64,000 bases of DNA, from NCBI GenBank assembly GCA_964016885.1, contig OZ024743.1, positions 162,812,001 to 162,876,000 of the forward strand, given 5' to 3'. The notes beneath the pieces were generated by a model, which saw only the letters and a program-made list of their open reading frames with translations, made no database searches and was not told the DNA's origin. This document shows, piece by piece, positions 39,324-51,962 of the stretch. Source of the DNA: Eledone cirrhosa (Eukaryota). How positions within the stretch are numbered: the first letter of the stretch is position 1; the number at the start of each line of letters is the position of its first letter. The translations under genes and the position numbers were made by a program.

Positions 39324-42300
39324 TCATCATCATCATCATCACCGTTTTACGTCCGTTCTTCCACGCTAGCATGGGTTAGACGGGTTGTCCTGTTGTGGGC
39401 AGTGTCTGGTCGGCTGACCATGCCTTGCTCATACAGGAACTGATCTGGCTTGATTTCTACAGCTGGATGCCCTTCCTAACACCAACCTCATTTACAGTGA
39501 GTGCTGGGTGCTTTTTCGTGGCGCCTACACGTCCACTTTACAGTGTGGGCTGGGTGCTTTTTTGCCGTGGCACCTCCACGACCACCTTGCGGTGGGGGGG
39601 GGGGGGGGGGGGGGGCATATTGTTTATATGCTTCAGCATGTACCCATGGGAGGTCGGGTACCCTGTATTACTGCGTGACGCCAGAAGTCACGGTCGTGTG
39701 TCATTGACTTTGAGAGGTGTAGTTGGGTAAGGTCGGCTTTTATCACCTCATCCCAAGTCATCTTGGGTCTCCCCACTCCGCGGTTTCCATCAACTTCTAG
39801 TGCTCTGCACCTTTTTATGCAGCTGTCATCCTTCATACGCATCACATGTCCATACCAGCGTAACCGCCTCTCCTGCACGCAGCATTTGATTCCTCTTATG
39901 CTCAGTCTCTCTCTCAATTCATTTATGCTTTGTCGTTCACGTATATTACTGTTACACATCCATCGGAGCATGCAGGCTTCGTTTCTCTCTAATCTACGTA
40001 AGTCTTCCACCTTCAGCGCCCAGGTCTCACTACCATGCAACATCGCTGTTCGGATACACGCGTCATACAGTCTGCCTTTCATTCTGAGGGAGAAGCCTTT
40101 TGCAGCTAGCAGTGGTAGTAGTTCCCTAAACTTCTTCCATCCCGTTCTTACCCTAGTTATTGTACTTTCTGAGCACCCACCTCCGTTGCTAATTCGGTCA
40201 CCTAGGTAGCAGAAGCTGTCTACTGTTTCTACAGGGCCCTCCCAGAGATTGGTGGTACTTGTTTCCTGTGGCTGTTTGCTTGCTGTTTCAGCACAGCTGC
40301 TGCATGTGAATCCTACATTCTTAATTAAGCTTCCTGAGATCCCGCTACATCTCTTGTGTACCCATTGTCTGCATTTGGGGCAGAGAATGGAGTTCCTACC
40401 TACACCTTTCCTACATACTGAGCAAGGCCATTTCCCTGAGGGGATCTGGGTTCTGTTTTCTCGTCTACTTATAAGGACCTTAGTCTTTGTCATGTTGACT
40501 TTGAGGCCCTTTCTCTCTAGTCCCTGCTTCCAGGTTTGGAATTTATTCTCTAGTTCTACCATAGATTCAGCTATGAGTACGAGGTCATCAGCATACAGGA
40601 GTTCCCATGGGCATCCGGTCTTAAACTCCTCCGTTATTGCCTGCAGGACTATGATGAACAGGAGAGGGCTAAGAACAGAGCCCTGGTGGACCCCAACCTG
40701 TACGCTAAATTCCTCGCTATACTCATTGCCAATCCTAACTTTGCTGACTGCTCCCCTATACATGGCTTGTACCGCTTTCACAAGCCATTCATCTACTCCT
40801 AGTTTTCTAAGAGCCCACCAGATTACTGCACGTGGAACTCTGTCAAAGGCTTTCTCAAGGTCGACAAATGCCAAGTAGAGTGGCTTACTTTTAGCTAGGT
40901 ACTTTTCCTGTAATTGCCTCACAAGGAAGAGCGCATCAGTGGTGCCTTTCCCTGGAACAAACCCAAATTGCATCTCGTCTATATTCACCCGGTCCCTAAT
41001 CAGCTGTGCTATAACTCTTTCTGTTACTTTCATGACCTGGTCCATCAACTTTATACCTCTATAGTTTCCTCTATCTAGTGCATCGCCTTTACCTTTGTAG
41101 CAGTTGACAATGATGCTACTGCACCAATCTTTTGGTATGGCCCCCTCTAGTATTACCTGGTTAACGATACGTGTGGTTATAGTGTGACCTACAGACCCAG
41201 ATGCCTTCAGCATCTCGGCAGCTATACCCGATGGACCGGTTGCCTTCCCTATCTTCATATCTCTGATTGCCTTACTTACTACGCTGCCGCTGACTTGTAC
41301 TGCTGGTCCCTCTATAGGGTCTACGTGGGGTAGGGTCTCTTCTTCCCATGCATTCTCCTCATTTAGTAATCTATCATAATGACTCTTCCATGCATCTTTC
41401 TTCTCAGCACTTGTGAGGGCAAGCTCACCTTTATCATTCCGGATACACTTCTCTCCAATGACATCACAACTATCTCTGACACACTGCCTCGCAATCTTGA
41501 ATACCTCCTGTTTCTGGTCCTCACGTTGTAAAACATGCTTGAATTTTCTATCCTCTGCTTCCCTCCTAGCTAAGTATACTTGTCGCCTAGCTTCCCTCTT
41601 GGTCTCTATGTAATGTACCCTGCTCCCCCCGTTCTTCCATTCTTTCCATGCCTGTCTCTTGGCCTTGACTGCTTCATCTACCTTATTGTTCCACCACCAA
41701 GTCACTCTCCTCCTGCTTGAGGTCTTACTCCAGCCACAAACCTCATCCGTCGCCTCTAGTAAGTTATTTTTTAGGAACTCCCAGTTCTCTTCTACGTTAA
41801 ATGTCTCTATCTGTTCTTCTTTACTGTCGTAGGCGTTGAGTAAAATATCTTTAAATCTGTTACTGGTTGAGGGGACTTTCAGCTTCCAGATCTTTCTTCT
41901 CCAGGTTGGCCTCTGTTTCAGGGCTCGTCTAGTTCTGACCGTGAGGTCGCTGACAACTAAGCTATGTTGGGATGTACATTCCTCACTAGGGAAGGCTTTT
42001 GTGTTTACGACCGTCCATCTGTCACGTCCTCTGATGAGGATAAAATCTAACTGACTAGAGTGCTCCCCTGATCTATAGGTGATCAGGTGGTTGTCGGGTT
42101 TTTTAAAGTTTGTGTTACATATCGACATGTCATTGGCGTCGCAGAATTCTAGAAGTCTGAATCCTTCCTCATTCCTTGTGCCAACTCCATGGCCTCCATG
42201 TACTCTATTGAAGCCGTCGCAGTGTTTACCTACGTGTCCGTTAAAATCTCCTGCAATGATTAGGAAGTCCTTGTCGTCTGTTAGAGCAGTAGTGTGTATT

Positions 42301-42946
42301 AGGGACTCGTAAAACCTATCCTTAAGTTCGTCTGGCAGCCCCGATTGGGGTGCGTAAGCTGATATTATTGTGGTAATTGTCTTATTCAGGACTAGTCTGA
42401 GTTTAATGATTCTTGCATTTACCCTGTACACTGAGATTACTTTATCTACCCACTTGTCAGCTAGTAGTATACCTACACCACCCATCCCATCGTCATTTCC
42501 CACCCAGAAAAATTTGTAGCACTGGCTTTTTCCTACAAGGACTCTAGCAGACCCTCCTCTCCATCTAGTCTCTTGCACACAGCATACATCAACTTCCTTT
42601 CGCTCTAGCATTTCTACGATTTCTCCTGCTCTTCCTTTCATTGAGCCTACATTGATGGTACCAACTCGGAGTTTTGGGCATTTGTCGACACTCGTAGGGG
42701 AGGGTCTCTGGGTTGGCGCTTCACGTGGGTGCTTGGTAGCTCGCAGATTCATATTTCATCTATTGATTCAGAGTTGCTCGTGTATTCCCAGCTCATCCAT
42801 CCATAACGGTGGGAAAATTGAGGGCTAGAAGGACAGTGGTGGTGGGGTAATGGCAGGGTGTGTTGGGATGCGCCAGAGGAGGAGAGAGTTAGTTAGGCAG
42901 GTAGTAGCAGCAGCAGCAGTGGAAATGGCATGCTAGGTTTGATTGG
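39321..42946 (-). mobile_element. Full-length RTE LINE subfamily B inserted in (TA)n
   Basis: 5' UTR, intact ORF, 3' UTR, (CAT)n tail; TA repeats on both sides. Confidence 0.95.
39633..42752 (-). CDS. RTE polyprotein: APE endonuclease + reverse transcriptase with embedded PHD-type finger (1039 aa, intact)
   Basis: GTINV, VQET, YAPQ, GDFNGH, LDFI, SQH; [36 protein letters not shown]; C4HC3 at 40293-40424. Confidence 0.95.
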   Translation of the reverse strand: MNLRATKHPREAPTQRPSPTSVDKCPKLRVGTINVGSMKGRAGEIVEMLERKEVDVCCVQETRWRGGSARVLVGKSQCYKFFWVGNDDGMGGVGILLADKWVDKVISVYRVNARIIKLRLVLNKTITTIISAYAPQSGLPDELKDRFYESLIHTTALTDDKDFLIIAGDFNGHVGKHCDGFNRVHGGHGVGTRNEEGFRLLEFCDANDMSICNTNFKKPDNHLITYRSGEHSSQLDFILIRGRDRWTVVNTKAFPSEECTSQHSLVVSDLTVRTRRALKQRPTWRRKIWKLKVPSTSNRFKDILLNAYDSKEEQIETFNVEENWEFLKNNLLEATDEVCGWSKTSSRRRVTWWWNNKVDEAVKAKRQAWKEWKNGGSRVHYIETKREARRQVYLARREAEDRKFKHVLQREDQKQEVFKIARQCVRDSCDVIGEKCIRNDKGELALTSAEKKDAWKSHYDRLLNEENAWEEETLPHVDPIEGPAVQVSGSVVSKAIRDMKIGKATGPSGIAAEMLKASGSVGHTITTRIVNQVILEGAIPKDWCSSIIVNCYKGKGDALDRGNYRGIKLMDQVMKVTERVIAQLIRDRVNIDEMQFGFVPGKGTTDALFLVRQLQEKYLAKSKPLYLAFVDLEKAFDRVPRAVIWWALRKLGVDEWLVKAVQAMYRGAVSKVRIGNEYSEEFSVQVGVHQGSVLSPLLFIIVLQAITEEFKTGCPWELLYADDLVLIAESMVELENKFQTWKQGLERKGLKVNMTKTKVLISRRENRTQIPSGKWPCSVCRKGVGRNSILCPKCRQWVHKRCSGISGSLIKNVGFTCSSCAETASKQPQETSTTNLWEGPVETVDSFCYLGDRISNGGGCSESTITRVRTGWKKFRELLPLLAAKGFSLRMKGRLYDACIRTAMLHGSETWALKVEDLRRLERNEACMLRWMCNSNIRERQSINELRERLSIRGIKCCVQERRLRWYGHVMRMKDDSCIKRCRALEVDGNRGVGRPKMTWDEVIKADLTQLHLSKSMTHDRDFWRHAVIQGTRPPMGTC

Positions 42947-43785
42947 TATATATATATATATATGTACGTGTATGTATGCGTGTGTGTACTGGTGTTTGTG
43001 TGTGTGTGTGTGTGTGTATATTATGCGTATGTGTAAGTGTCTTTATATCCGTGTTTTTGATATTTCGGTTTTATATATATTTTTTTGTTTCTTTTTTCTT
43101 ATTTCTTTTTTCTTTTTTCTTCTCCCCCCCCCCTTCCCTCTTTTGTTACTTACCCAGTTTCATACATGGGCATGCAAACAGGTTTAATTGCGCGAGTATA
43201 AGTATGTGTGTGTGTGTGTGTGTATGTACGTATCGAACGTATGGAAGTGTGAGCGAGCGTGTGTATATAAGCATAATTATTTTTACATTTCTTTTGTGAG
43301 ACACGCGTGTCTGTGTATGTATGTACCCCCGCTTTTTTTGTTTTCTTTAATTTTTTCTTTCTATCTTGTCTTTCTAATTTATCGTTACTATATTTTTATA
43401 AATATATCGTAATAGATACTTTTCTTTTTTTATTATACTCTCTTTATCTCCTTTCTTTCCGCATCTTAGTGTATGAGTGTCCAGGCGTTTTTATGCGTGC
43501 GACTTTATTTTCTTATATTTACGAAGTAACCATTTCCGTCTGTATAATACAGACATATAGATACATTTGCCCTAAACTTTTATAATTACGCACACTTTCT
43601 AACCATACATTTACACGTGCACATATACATATATGCACATCTATGAGCGTATATACATACACATACACACACCTAACTATTTTTCTTGATAGATTTTTAT
43701 ATATTTCAATTTCTATTTCATTTATCTATATATATTTTTTTTGATTTTCTTGATGTGTTTTTCTAAGTATTTGCCCATGTTTTAT

Positions 43786-43863
43786 ATTGCCTCGTCTGAC
43801 GAACGAATGAAGTCGTTTATTTCGTATTCGCCTCATTCGGGAAACCTCTGGTAATGAGGTAAT
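43786..43863 (+). ncRNA. Type I hammerhead ribozyme in the Penelope pLTR
   Basis: ATTGCCTCGT-CTGACGA-ACGAATGA...TCATTCGG-GAAA-CCTCTGG-TA^ATGAGGTAAT; 10-bp stem I with 2 GU pairs. Confidence 0.85.
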
Positions 43864-43888
43864 TATATTGTATTGATTTTATACATTA

Positions 43889-44486
43889 TATATATATGTA
43901 TATATATATGTATATATATATGTGTATATATCTATGTATATATATATGTGTATATATATATGTGTATATATATGTGTATATATATGTGTATATATATATA
44001 TATATGTGTGTATATATATATGTATATATATATATGTATATATGTATATATGTATATATGTATGTGTATAAGTATGTATATATGTATGTATATTTGTATG
44101 TATATATGTATGTATATAAGTATGTATATATGTATGTATATATATATATATATGTATGTATATATATATATATATATATGTATGTATATATATATATATG
44201 TATATTTTTATATGTATATATATATATGTATATATATATATGTATGTATATATATATATGTATATATATGTATGTATATATATGTATATATATATGTATG
44301 TATGTATATATATATATATATATATGTATGTATATATATATGTATATATGTATATATATATGTATATATGTATGTATATATGTATATATATATATGTATG
44401 TATATATGTATGTATATATGTATATATATGTATGTATATATGTATATATATATATGTATGTATATATATATGTATATATGTATGTA

Positions 44487-44550
<64 letters not shown>
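43889..44550. repeat. (TATG)n/(TA)n microsatellite
   Basis: Direct reading. Confidence 0.95.
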
Positions 44551-44553
<3 letters not shown>

Positions 44554-45077
44554 AACCCAGAAAAACCTGGGACGAGCTGATAAATTCCGACCTCACACAC
44601 TTACACCTCTCCAAGACAATGTCACTGGACCGAGACCTTTGGCGGTACTCAGTAATAGAGAAGACCCGCCTTACCTAAATACAAAGTAAAACCTACTACA
44701 GTCAGTAGGCATCTCTAACAAAATACACGACCGTGCCACCACCCCCACCCCATCCACACCGCCCCTTCCAATGTAAAGTTATGTTGGTGCCACAACATCC
44801 AGGCAGAAACAAATGAGATCGTGTAGGTGTCACGACAAAAAAACACACAGTCCACGCTGTAATGTGGCCGTGTAGGCAACACGGTAAGAACCTCCCAGCC
44901 CCACACTGTAAATGTGGTTGGTGTTAGGAAGGGCATCCAGCTGTAGAAAACCCGCCAGACAGTCCTATGCGAGCAAGACAATCACTCTTGCCTCGAGTGG
45001 GAAAACTCCCGTCCAAATCCATGCAAGCGTGGAACACGGACGTTAAACGATGATGATGATGATGATGATGATGATGT
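44550..45077 (+). mobile_element. RTE subfamily A 3' end
   Basis: [15 protein letters not shown]; 3' UTR; (GAT)n tail. Confidence 0.9.
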
Positions 45078-45281
45078 ATTTTACAATACACTGTATGATT
45101 AATTAAAAGCATTTTGAAGACCATATGCTATTGTTTTAAAGTCCTATAGAATTCCAGTAATTATATATATCGCTATTTCAGAGCACCAATTCTAATTTTC
45201 AATTTCTGCTGGACCGGCGACTCCTCTGTATAATCAGTTCCTGATTATTACTGGAATTCTATAAGAATCCAACACACATAA

Positions 45282-45858
45282 TTACTTAGCTAGGTACTTC
45301 TCCTGTAGTTGTCGTACAAGGAAAAGGGCGTCTGTGGTACTTTTACCTGACACAAACCCAAACTGCATTTCATCTAGATCAATTTGCTCTCTAATTAGTT
45401 GCACTATAACTTTTTCTGTGACCTTCATGACCTGGTCAATTAATTTAATGCCTCTATAGCTTCCCCTATCTAGGGCATCTCCTTTACTCTTGTGGCAGTT
45501 AATGATGATGCTGCTATGCCAGTCATTTGGTATGACCCTGTTCTGTATGACTAGGTTTACTATCCGGGTGACCATAGTGTGTCCCACCATTCCAGATGCT
45601 TTCAGCATTTCAGCAGCTATCTCCGAAGGCCCAGATACCTTGCCTGTCTTCATGTCTTTGATTGCCTTACTTATTATACTACCTTCAACTTGCACTGCTG
45701 GTCCCTCTATTGGATCGATGTGGGGCAGACTATCTTTTTCCCATTTATTCTCCTCATTTAGAAGCCTCTCATAGTGACACTTCCAAACTACCTTCTTATC
45801 AGCGTCAGTGATGACAAGTACACCATTATCATTACGGACACACTTCTCCCCAACAATA
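45282..45858 (-). mobile_element. Internal RTE fragment
   Basis: ORF 45282-45695 with YRGIKL, QFGF. Confidence 0.87.
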
Positions 45859-45889
45859 TTTATGTATAGATATATGTATATATGTTAAT

Positions 45890-47550
45890 CCCCAACACAC
45901 TATATTGGACATAACGTTTGGTGTCCCTGATGTCTTAGCGGCAATAAACGGAATCAAACACAATTCAGCAGTAGGACCTGATAGGTAGCCTGCTTGTATC
46001 CTGAAGGCGTGTCGACACAAACTTGCATCTCCTCTTGCTAATCTGTGGAGGAATTTCCTGGATGGTGGCTATATTCCTGAAAACGTTCAGTCCCAGTCCA
46101 TTGTCTCAGTTTCCAAAAAGGAAAACAAGTCCATTGCAGTGAACTACCGTCCGATCTCACTTACCTCTCATATTATTAAAGTATTTGAGAGGGTGGTGTG
46201 ATCACGAATAACGCACTTTCTTGAAAACAAACGCCCTGCTGAACTCCAACCAACATGGGTTCCGTAATGAAAGGGACTGCCTAACACAGCTACTGCATCA
46301 CTTTGAGACATTTTGAGAGCCTTGGGAGAGGGCTCCAACACTGATGTCATCTACCTTGATTTCAGCAAGGCCTTTGACTGAGTTGATCATAAAATTCTAT
46401 TGAAAAAACTATCCAATATTGGTGTCTCTGGAAGGTTACTACAGTGGATCAAGTGTTTCCTGACAGACAGAGCCCAACATGTTGTAGTCGAAGGAGTAAA
46501 ATATAGCCCAGCCAAAGGCAGCAGTGGCATCCCACAAGGCACTGTGTTGGGCCCACTTCTTTTCATCATCTACATTAATGACATTACTGACATCATCAAG
46601 CACAGCAACATAAGAATCTTTGCAGATGATTCGAAGCTCCAGAAGGTCACCAATGAGATGGGTGACCGGATTTGCCTTCAGTCAGACCTACTGGCTGCTA
46701 TCCAATGGGCAGAAAAGAATAATATGTTGCTGAATGAGGCTAAATTCGAGTTAATCCACTTTGGAAAAGAGGATTCCCTGAAACTCCCATACTCTCTTTC
46801 TTCAGGTGAAACTCTAGTGGCATCCAACAACATCAGAGACTTGGGAGTAATTGTGGACAACAACATAAGCTGGGCCACTCATATAAACAGTAAAGTTGAC
46901 ATGGCCCGCTGAATGTGTTCCTGGATTCTCAGAACCTTCCAGTCGAGAGATATCCATACTGTTATCCTACTCTTCTTCACTTTTGCCCGACCCCACCTTG
47001 AATACTGTTGTCCACTGCAGTCTCCCCACGCGAAACAAAGTATCATGAAAGTTGAAGCACCTCAAAGGTCAATTACAAAAAGGATAGATGGCATGACAGG
47101 CCTTGACTATTGGAGTCGATTAGAAAAGCTCAACCTTTATTCTCTCCAACGTCGCCGTGAGCGCTACATTATCTGCATGATGTGGAAAATATTCCATCAG
47201 CATTGCCCAAATGATGTTGGCATAACCTTTAAGGTACATTCAAGGGCTGGTCGCTGTGCTATTCGCCCACGACAAAAATCTCACTCGCATCTCATAACAA
47301 CAACACGGCACAATTATTTCACCTCAATTGGCCCTGCTCTCTTTAACATTACACCAAAACACATTAAAACGGAAACAGACCCCATAAAGTTCAAGATGTC
47401 TTTGGACAAATTACTTTAAGAAATTCCGGATAAACTTTGTACACCTGGATATATTTCCGTAAACAATAACTCTCTACTTGAGTGGACCATGGTGTCCAAA
47501 TCCTGATTTGAAAGATTTCGCCAGGTGGTGCTATTAATTTAGACTTGGCC
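45890..47550 (+). mobile_element. CR1/L2-group LINE, 5'-truncated and decayed
   Basis: NYRPISLTS, YLDFSKAFD, GIPQGTVLGPLLF, FADDSKL, RDLGV, RPHLEYCC, LYSLQRRRER. Confidence 0.87.
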
Positions 47551-47604
47551 TGGGCCAATCTCCCACATCCCAACACCCTACCCAAATTCTAACACTTCGC
47601 CCTT

Positions 47605-47785
47605 CACACTGTAAATGTGAACTTGATGTTAGGAAGGGCATCCAGCCATAGAAACCAAGCCAGAATCAGTTTTTTATGAGCAAGATGTGGTCACTTGACC
47701 TTGCCTATCTCACAACAGGACAACTCGTCTAACTCATGCTTGCTTAGAAAAATGTACACTAAACGGTGGTCATGAGGATGATAAT
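47605..47785 (+). mobile_element. Old RTE/SINE 3' tail
   Basis: GTTAGGAAGGGCATCCAGC...AAACGGTGGTCATGAGGATGAT. Confidence 0.7.
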
Positions 47786-47894
47786 ATACATATGAAAGAG
47801 AATTGCATAAGTATTATAACTATATCTAATTATTATTTATGTTATATTCAACTTCTCTCACCCATAATATTTCTATTGAACCCTAATGATTTCT

Positions 47895-48095
47895 TACATT
47901 GGCACCAACAATAATTGTTTCTACTTTTGGCACAAGGCTGTCAATTTTTCCAGTGTATTACTGGTATTTTATTTTATCGACCTCGTAAGGATGAAAGGCA
48001 AAGTTAACCTCGGCAGGATTTGAACTCAGACCATAATGGGCCGTAACTCTTTGCTGCAAAGCATAGCGTCTGACCCTCTACCGATACTGCCAGAT
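47895..48095 (-). mobile_element. SINE with Nin-like core, decayed
   Basis: TATCGACCTCGTAAGGATGAAAGGCAAAGTTAACCTCGGCAGGATTTGAACTCAGA; opposite-strand relative at 49440-49600. Confidence 0.65.
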
Positions 48096-48649
48096 AAATT
48101 AGGCACACTGTTTGTCCCCTTTTAACTTTTAATCAATTTAAATTTCATCGTTCTCTCGTCATTATTGAAAAAAATTGTCATTAACATTCTGAGTTTAATT
48201 TCACTTGATTATTTATCTTTTTTTTTGGCTCACTGGTATGCAATTAACTATATGTTTTTCATGCAGAAGGCACCCATGGGATATTTTACAATATCAATTA
48301 TGTTGATAAATTGATCTTCCCAGTTTAGAAAAACCAGCAAATGTCATAGAGAAGTTACTTCCTCTTCCAACAAAATAAGACACGCAAACATTTTAATACT
48401 GTCACCGTATTGTGACATGAACACTGATTGATTTTTATATATCTTTAACAGCTTCACCTTCTTTATCGCCACGGGAGAATATATCCATATACTCAAGGAC
48501 TCCTCCAAACCAACAGTGAGTATTTTAACATAAATCTAATCACTTTTGATATTGTAACCTTAGAAGAATCCTTTCTACTTCATATCCTACCTAGGATGAA
48601 AATTGGGGCTACAATATGCTCTCTTCAGATTAACATTGATTTCATTATT

Positions 48650-49148
48650 TAGGGTTTCTCCCTGCATATGAAAGGACGGTTATATGATGCTTGTGTGAGA
48701 TGCACGATGCTGTATGGTAGTGAGACATGGGCGGCAACTGCAGAGGATATGCGACGGCTGGAGAGAAATAAGGCGAGTATGCTCCGATGGATGTGCAATG
48801 TCAATGTGCGTGAACGACCAAGCATGGACGAGTTGGGAAAGAAACTGGGTATAAGAGGGATAAGTTGTGGTGTGCAGGAGAGAAGGCTGAGATGGTATGG
48901 ACTTGTGATGCGCATGGAGGATGACCGCTGGGTAAAGAAGTGTCAAGAAATCCCAGTAGAAGGAAGACGCAGAGGAGGTAGACCATGTAAAACATGGGCG
49001 GAGGTGGTGAGAGCAGACCCCAGATCGCTGAAACTCACCGAGGAGATGACGAAGGACTGTGGCAAGTAGAGAGATGCTGTGCTGAATAGGACCCGTCCAA
49101 CCCTTGCAAACAGGGAGGGAAAAGCGGATGTAAAATGATGATGATGAT
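48650..49148 (+). mobile_element. RTE LINE subfamily C 3' end
   Basis: ORF 48668-49069 ([11 protein letters not shown]...RRLRWYG); short 3' UTR and (GAT)n tail. Confidence 0.88.
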
Positions 49149-49439
49149 GGAGATTTTACTTTCTTAATTTCAGCATTGTAAAACCTACGTTACACATATA
49201 ACTATACATTTGTCTCTATATGTATATATGTATTTATATTTTGGTTATATTGTTCAAATTTCTCACTAGTATAGAAAGATACAAGTATTAACATAGATAG
49301 ACATGCATGTATGTATGCATGAAAGCATGGATGTCATTGCATGTTTAGATTTGTATTCTTTGACTTGTGTATGTGTAAATATACATATGTATGCATTTCT
49401 ACACATGTATATGAGTGTATGTAGGTGTATATGTATATA

Positions 49440-49600
49440 GATGGCGAAATGGCAGAGTTGTTAGAATATCAAATAGATTGTTTTGTGGCATTCGTTTTGG
49501 CTCTCTGCTTTCTGAGTTCAAATCCCACCAAGGTCAACTTTGCCTTTCATCCATTCAAGGTTGATAAAAAAAAAAGGTGCCAGTCTAGTGCTGGGGTCAA
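49440..49600 (+). mobile_element. SINE with Nin-like core
   Basis: TGGCAGAGTTG A-box-like, GAGTTCAAATC B box, GGTCAACTTTGCCTTTCATCC core. Confidence 0.65.
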
Positions 49601-51962
49601 TTCTTCCTCTATATCTCTTTCTCTCTTACTTTCTCTCACTCTCTTTATCCTTCTCTTGAAGAAATCTGCTGTATTCAAACCTGGAGAGGATTGGGCTCCA
49701 CCAGGTTTTAAAATGCCCTAGAAATGCCATCTGTCAATATTGTGTCCCTACGACTCCCTCAGGAGTTATGGGACATGCATGAATGCATGTGTATATATAT
49801 ATGTGTGTGTATGCTTGTATATGTGCTATAAATATTCTTCTTTCTTCACTTTACATATATTTTTTTGTCTGAAGCCTCTCTACATTTGCTCAACTTACTA
49901 GAAATAACAGGCATACAAACATTCAAGACACCCTTGATTCCTTTCTCATTTTTAAACCTACCTGCCAGGCTATAACTGCTTCTAAACCTATCAAGTCATC
50001 CAATTAGGGCTTTATTTAACTATTCACTATACATTCATGTACTACACAACACCTTCCCCCAACATTTATGGCACTTCAAGTCAGTTGACTGAGCATATTT
50101 AGCCATGTGACTAAATAAATCATGCGACCGCACACACTGAATCTTTTGGCCTCATAGATAAGTGATTTCCCTCATCCTGTACAGAACAAATTTTATTTCC
50201 TTTGTTTTGGGACTCATGTCACCAAATTGCCTTGAAGAATAGTTTTCTAGAGGCTATCTACTTATTGTCAAAGGATGTCCTCCTAAAAATGGTCTGCCCT
50301 CATCTGTCCAGGCCAGTTTGGTTCAGTTCATGAAAGAGATCAGAACAGTGTAGTTTGTCAACAGAGTCACTCTAACTCACTGGGTCTGGCCTTTTTGGCC
50401 AATGAGCTAAGGCAGTCATTCTCCTGTTCGATGTCAACAAAGGTTAGTTGCATACAAATTTTAAGACTACTAATACAGCATTCATACAAAACTATCACAC
50501 AAATATATATACACAATTTTACTGTGACTCTTTGTTGTTTTTCCTATGTTATCACAATAACTTCGAAGCTAGTTATGCCTTAAAGTTATTAAAGTAGCAG
50601 TGTTTGTTATTATTCATTCACTACTGGCTGTGGCAACATACAATCTCGATACACTTGGTCACAACTAACAATCAAATTAAAAATGCCACTACATTTGGTG
50701 ACCCTGACAAACAAACATGTCTTCTGATGCTTTTGCTGATGCAACCTGCAACTGCCTGACAATATAGGAAAACAACCTACACAAAAAAAACATATTTTCA
50801 CTCACAACAATTGGCGATCCCCAACTTTCAAACATAGTCTTGTAGCGAGACTGGATAGCAGTATTTTATCGCTGTGGCGTAATTTGGTCGTGCTTGGTCA
50901 GTCGCCAACCCTTTAAGGTTGGTGACGTAGGAATACAAATGACCATTTCTGAGCAGCAGTAGAACGCGCCTTTTGCAAAACTAACCAGTTGTGTGTGGAC
51001 ATTGGTAGTGTAACAGCTCTTAACTACCTTTCCCACTGTTTTTGATTTTTCTCTCTAACATTGAGAGTAGTTCGTTGGACAGCCTTTCAGGGATTTGCCA
51101 TTTATCCGTTGGCTTTGTTTTACCAAATATTCCAATCCCTGACAATAAGTAAGGATAAATTAGTGCCTGTCTCACTGCATTTTTGGCCTACTAGAAAAAA
51201 AACATTCATTTCGCTGGCATCTTCACACAGAAAACCTTGCTACATACATTTTGTAACATGTTCAAAACAATCAAAGGAATAAATTATTATTGTGTAAAAA
51301 AAAAAAACTACGTCTTCTGATCTATTTTTTTTTAACCATTGGAACACTTCTTGTGCATCTCCATCTTCCTAAAGTGGCAATCTTGCTAAAAGATGATAAT
51401 GACTACTAAAGTCTGATTAACAATGAAAACAACATTCAAACACAAAAGCAAACTTTTGAACAAGAAAACTAACTTTCTATGAAAAACAACACATATGCTA
51501 TGAATGCAAACTTGTTTTTCACATGCTATTGGTATCATTCACATATTGCTACAACAACTCTGGCACCTTCAATCAGTTTCCTAAATCACTGTGGAATACC
51601 ACTTTGGCTTAACGTATGCAGCCAACTACAATTTCAATTCCACATGTTTCAAACTTCTTATGTATAATGCATGTAAATGTTTACACACACTTATATATGG
51701 TTAAAAAATTTTTTTAATTTTTGGCACACAATCACAGACTTATGTCATTGATTTACATGGAATTTCATGAGATAATTTTTTCTTCTCTCTTATGTTTCCA
51801 CTAGTTTTGAAGTTACGGAACAGCTACAGACAACTTTTAAGACTACTACAATTACTATTACTACTACGACATTCACACAAAACCATCACATAAACATAAT
51901 ACACAATTTCATGGCTCTTTGTTGTTTTTCTTATGTTATCACAATAGCTTATAAGCAAGTTA

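Larger units (their letters stand above)
36515..43888 (+). mobile_element. Near-complete Penelope-like element (Naiad-type), interrupted in its 3' UTR by an RTE
   Basis: ~73-bp terminal direct repeat (36515-36588 = 43815-43888), RT-GIY-YIG ORF, hammerhead in the 3' pLTR. Confidence 0.92.

Noticed and set aside
39763-40878. Antisense ORFs recurring in RTE copies
   Set aside because: Shadow frames repeated only because the copies are near-identical; stops differ between subfamilies
50900-50926. GTCGCCAACC/GGTTGGTGAC hairpin as a terminator or ncRNA
   Set aside because: Isolated 10-bp stem with no supporting context; probably an old repeat fragment
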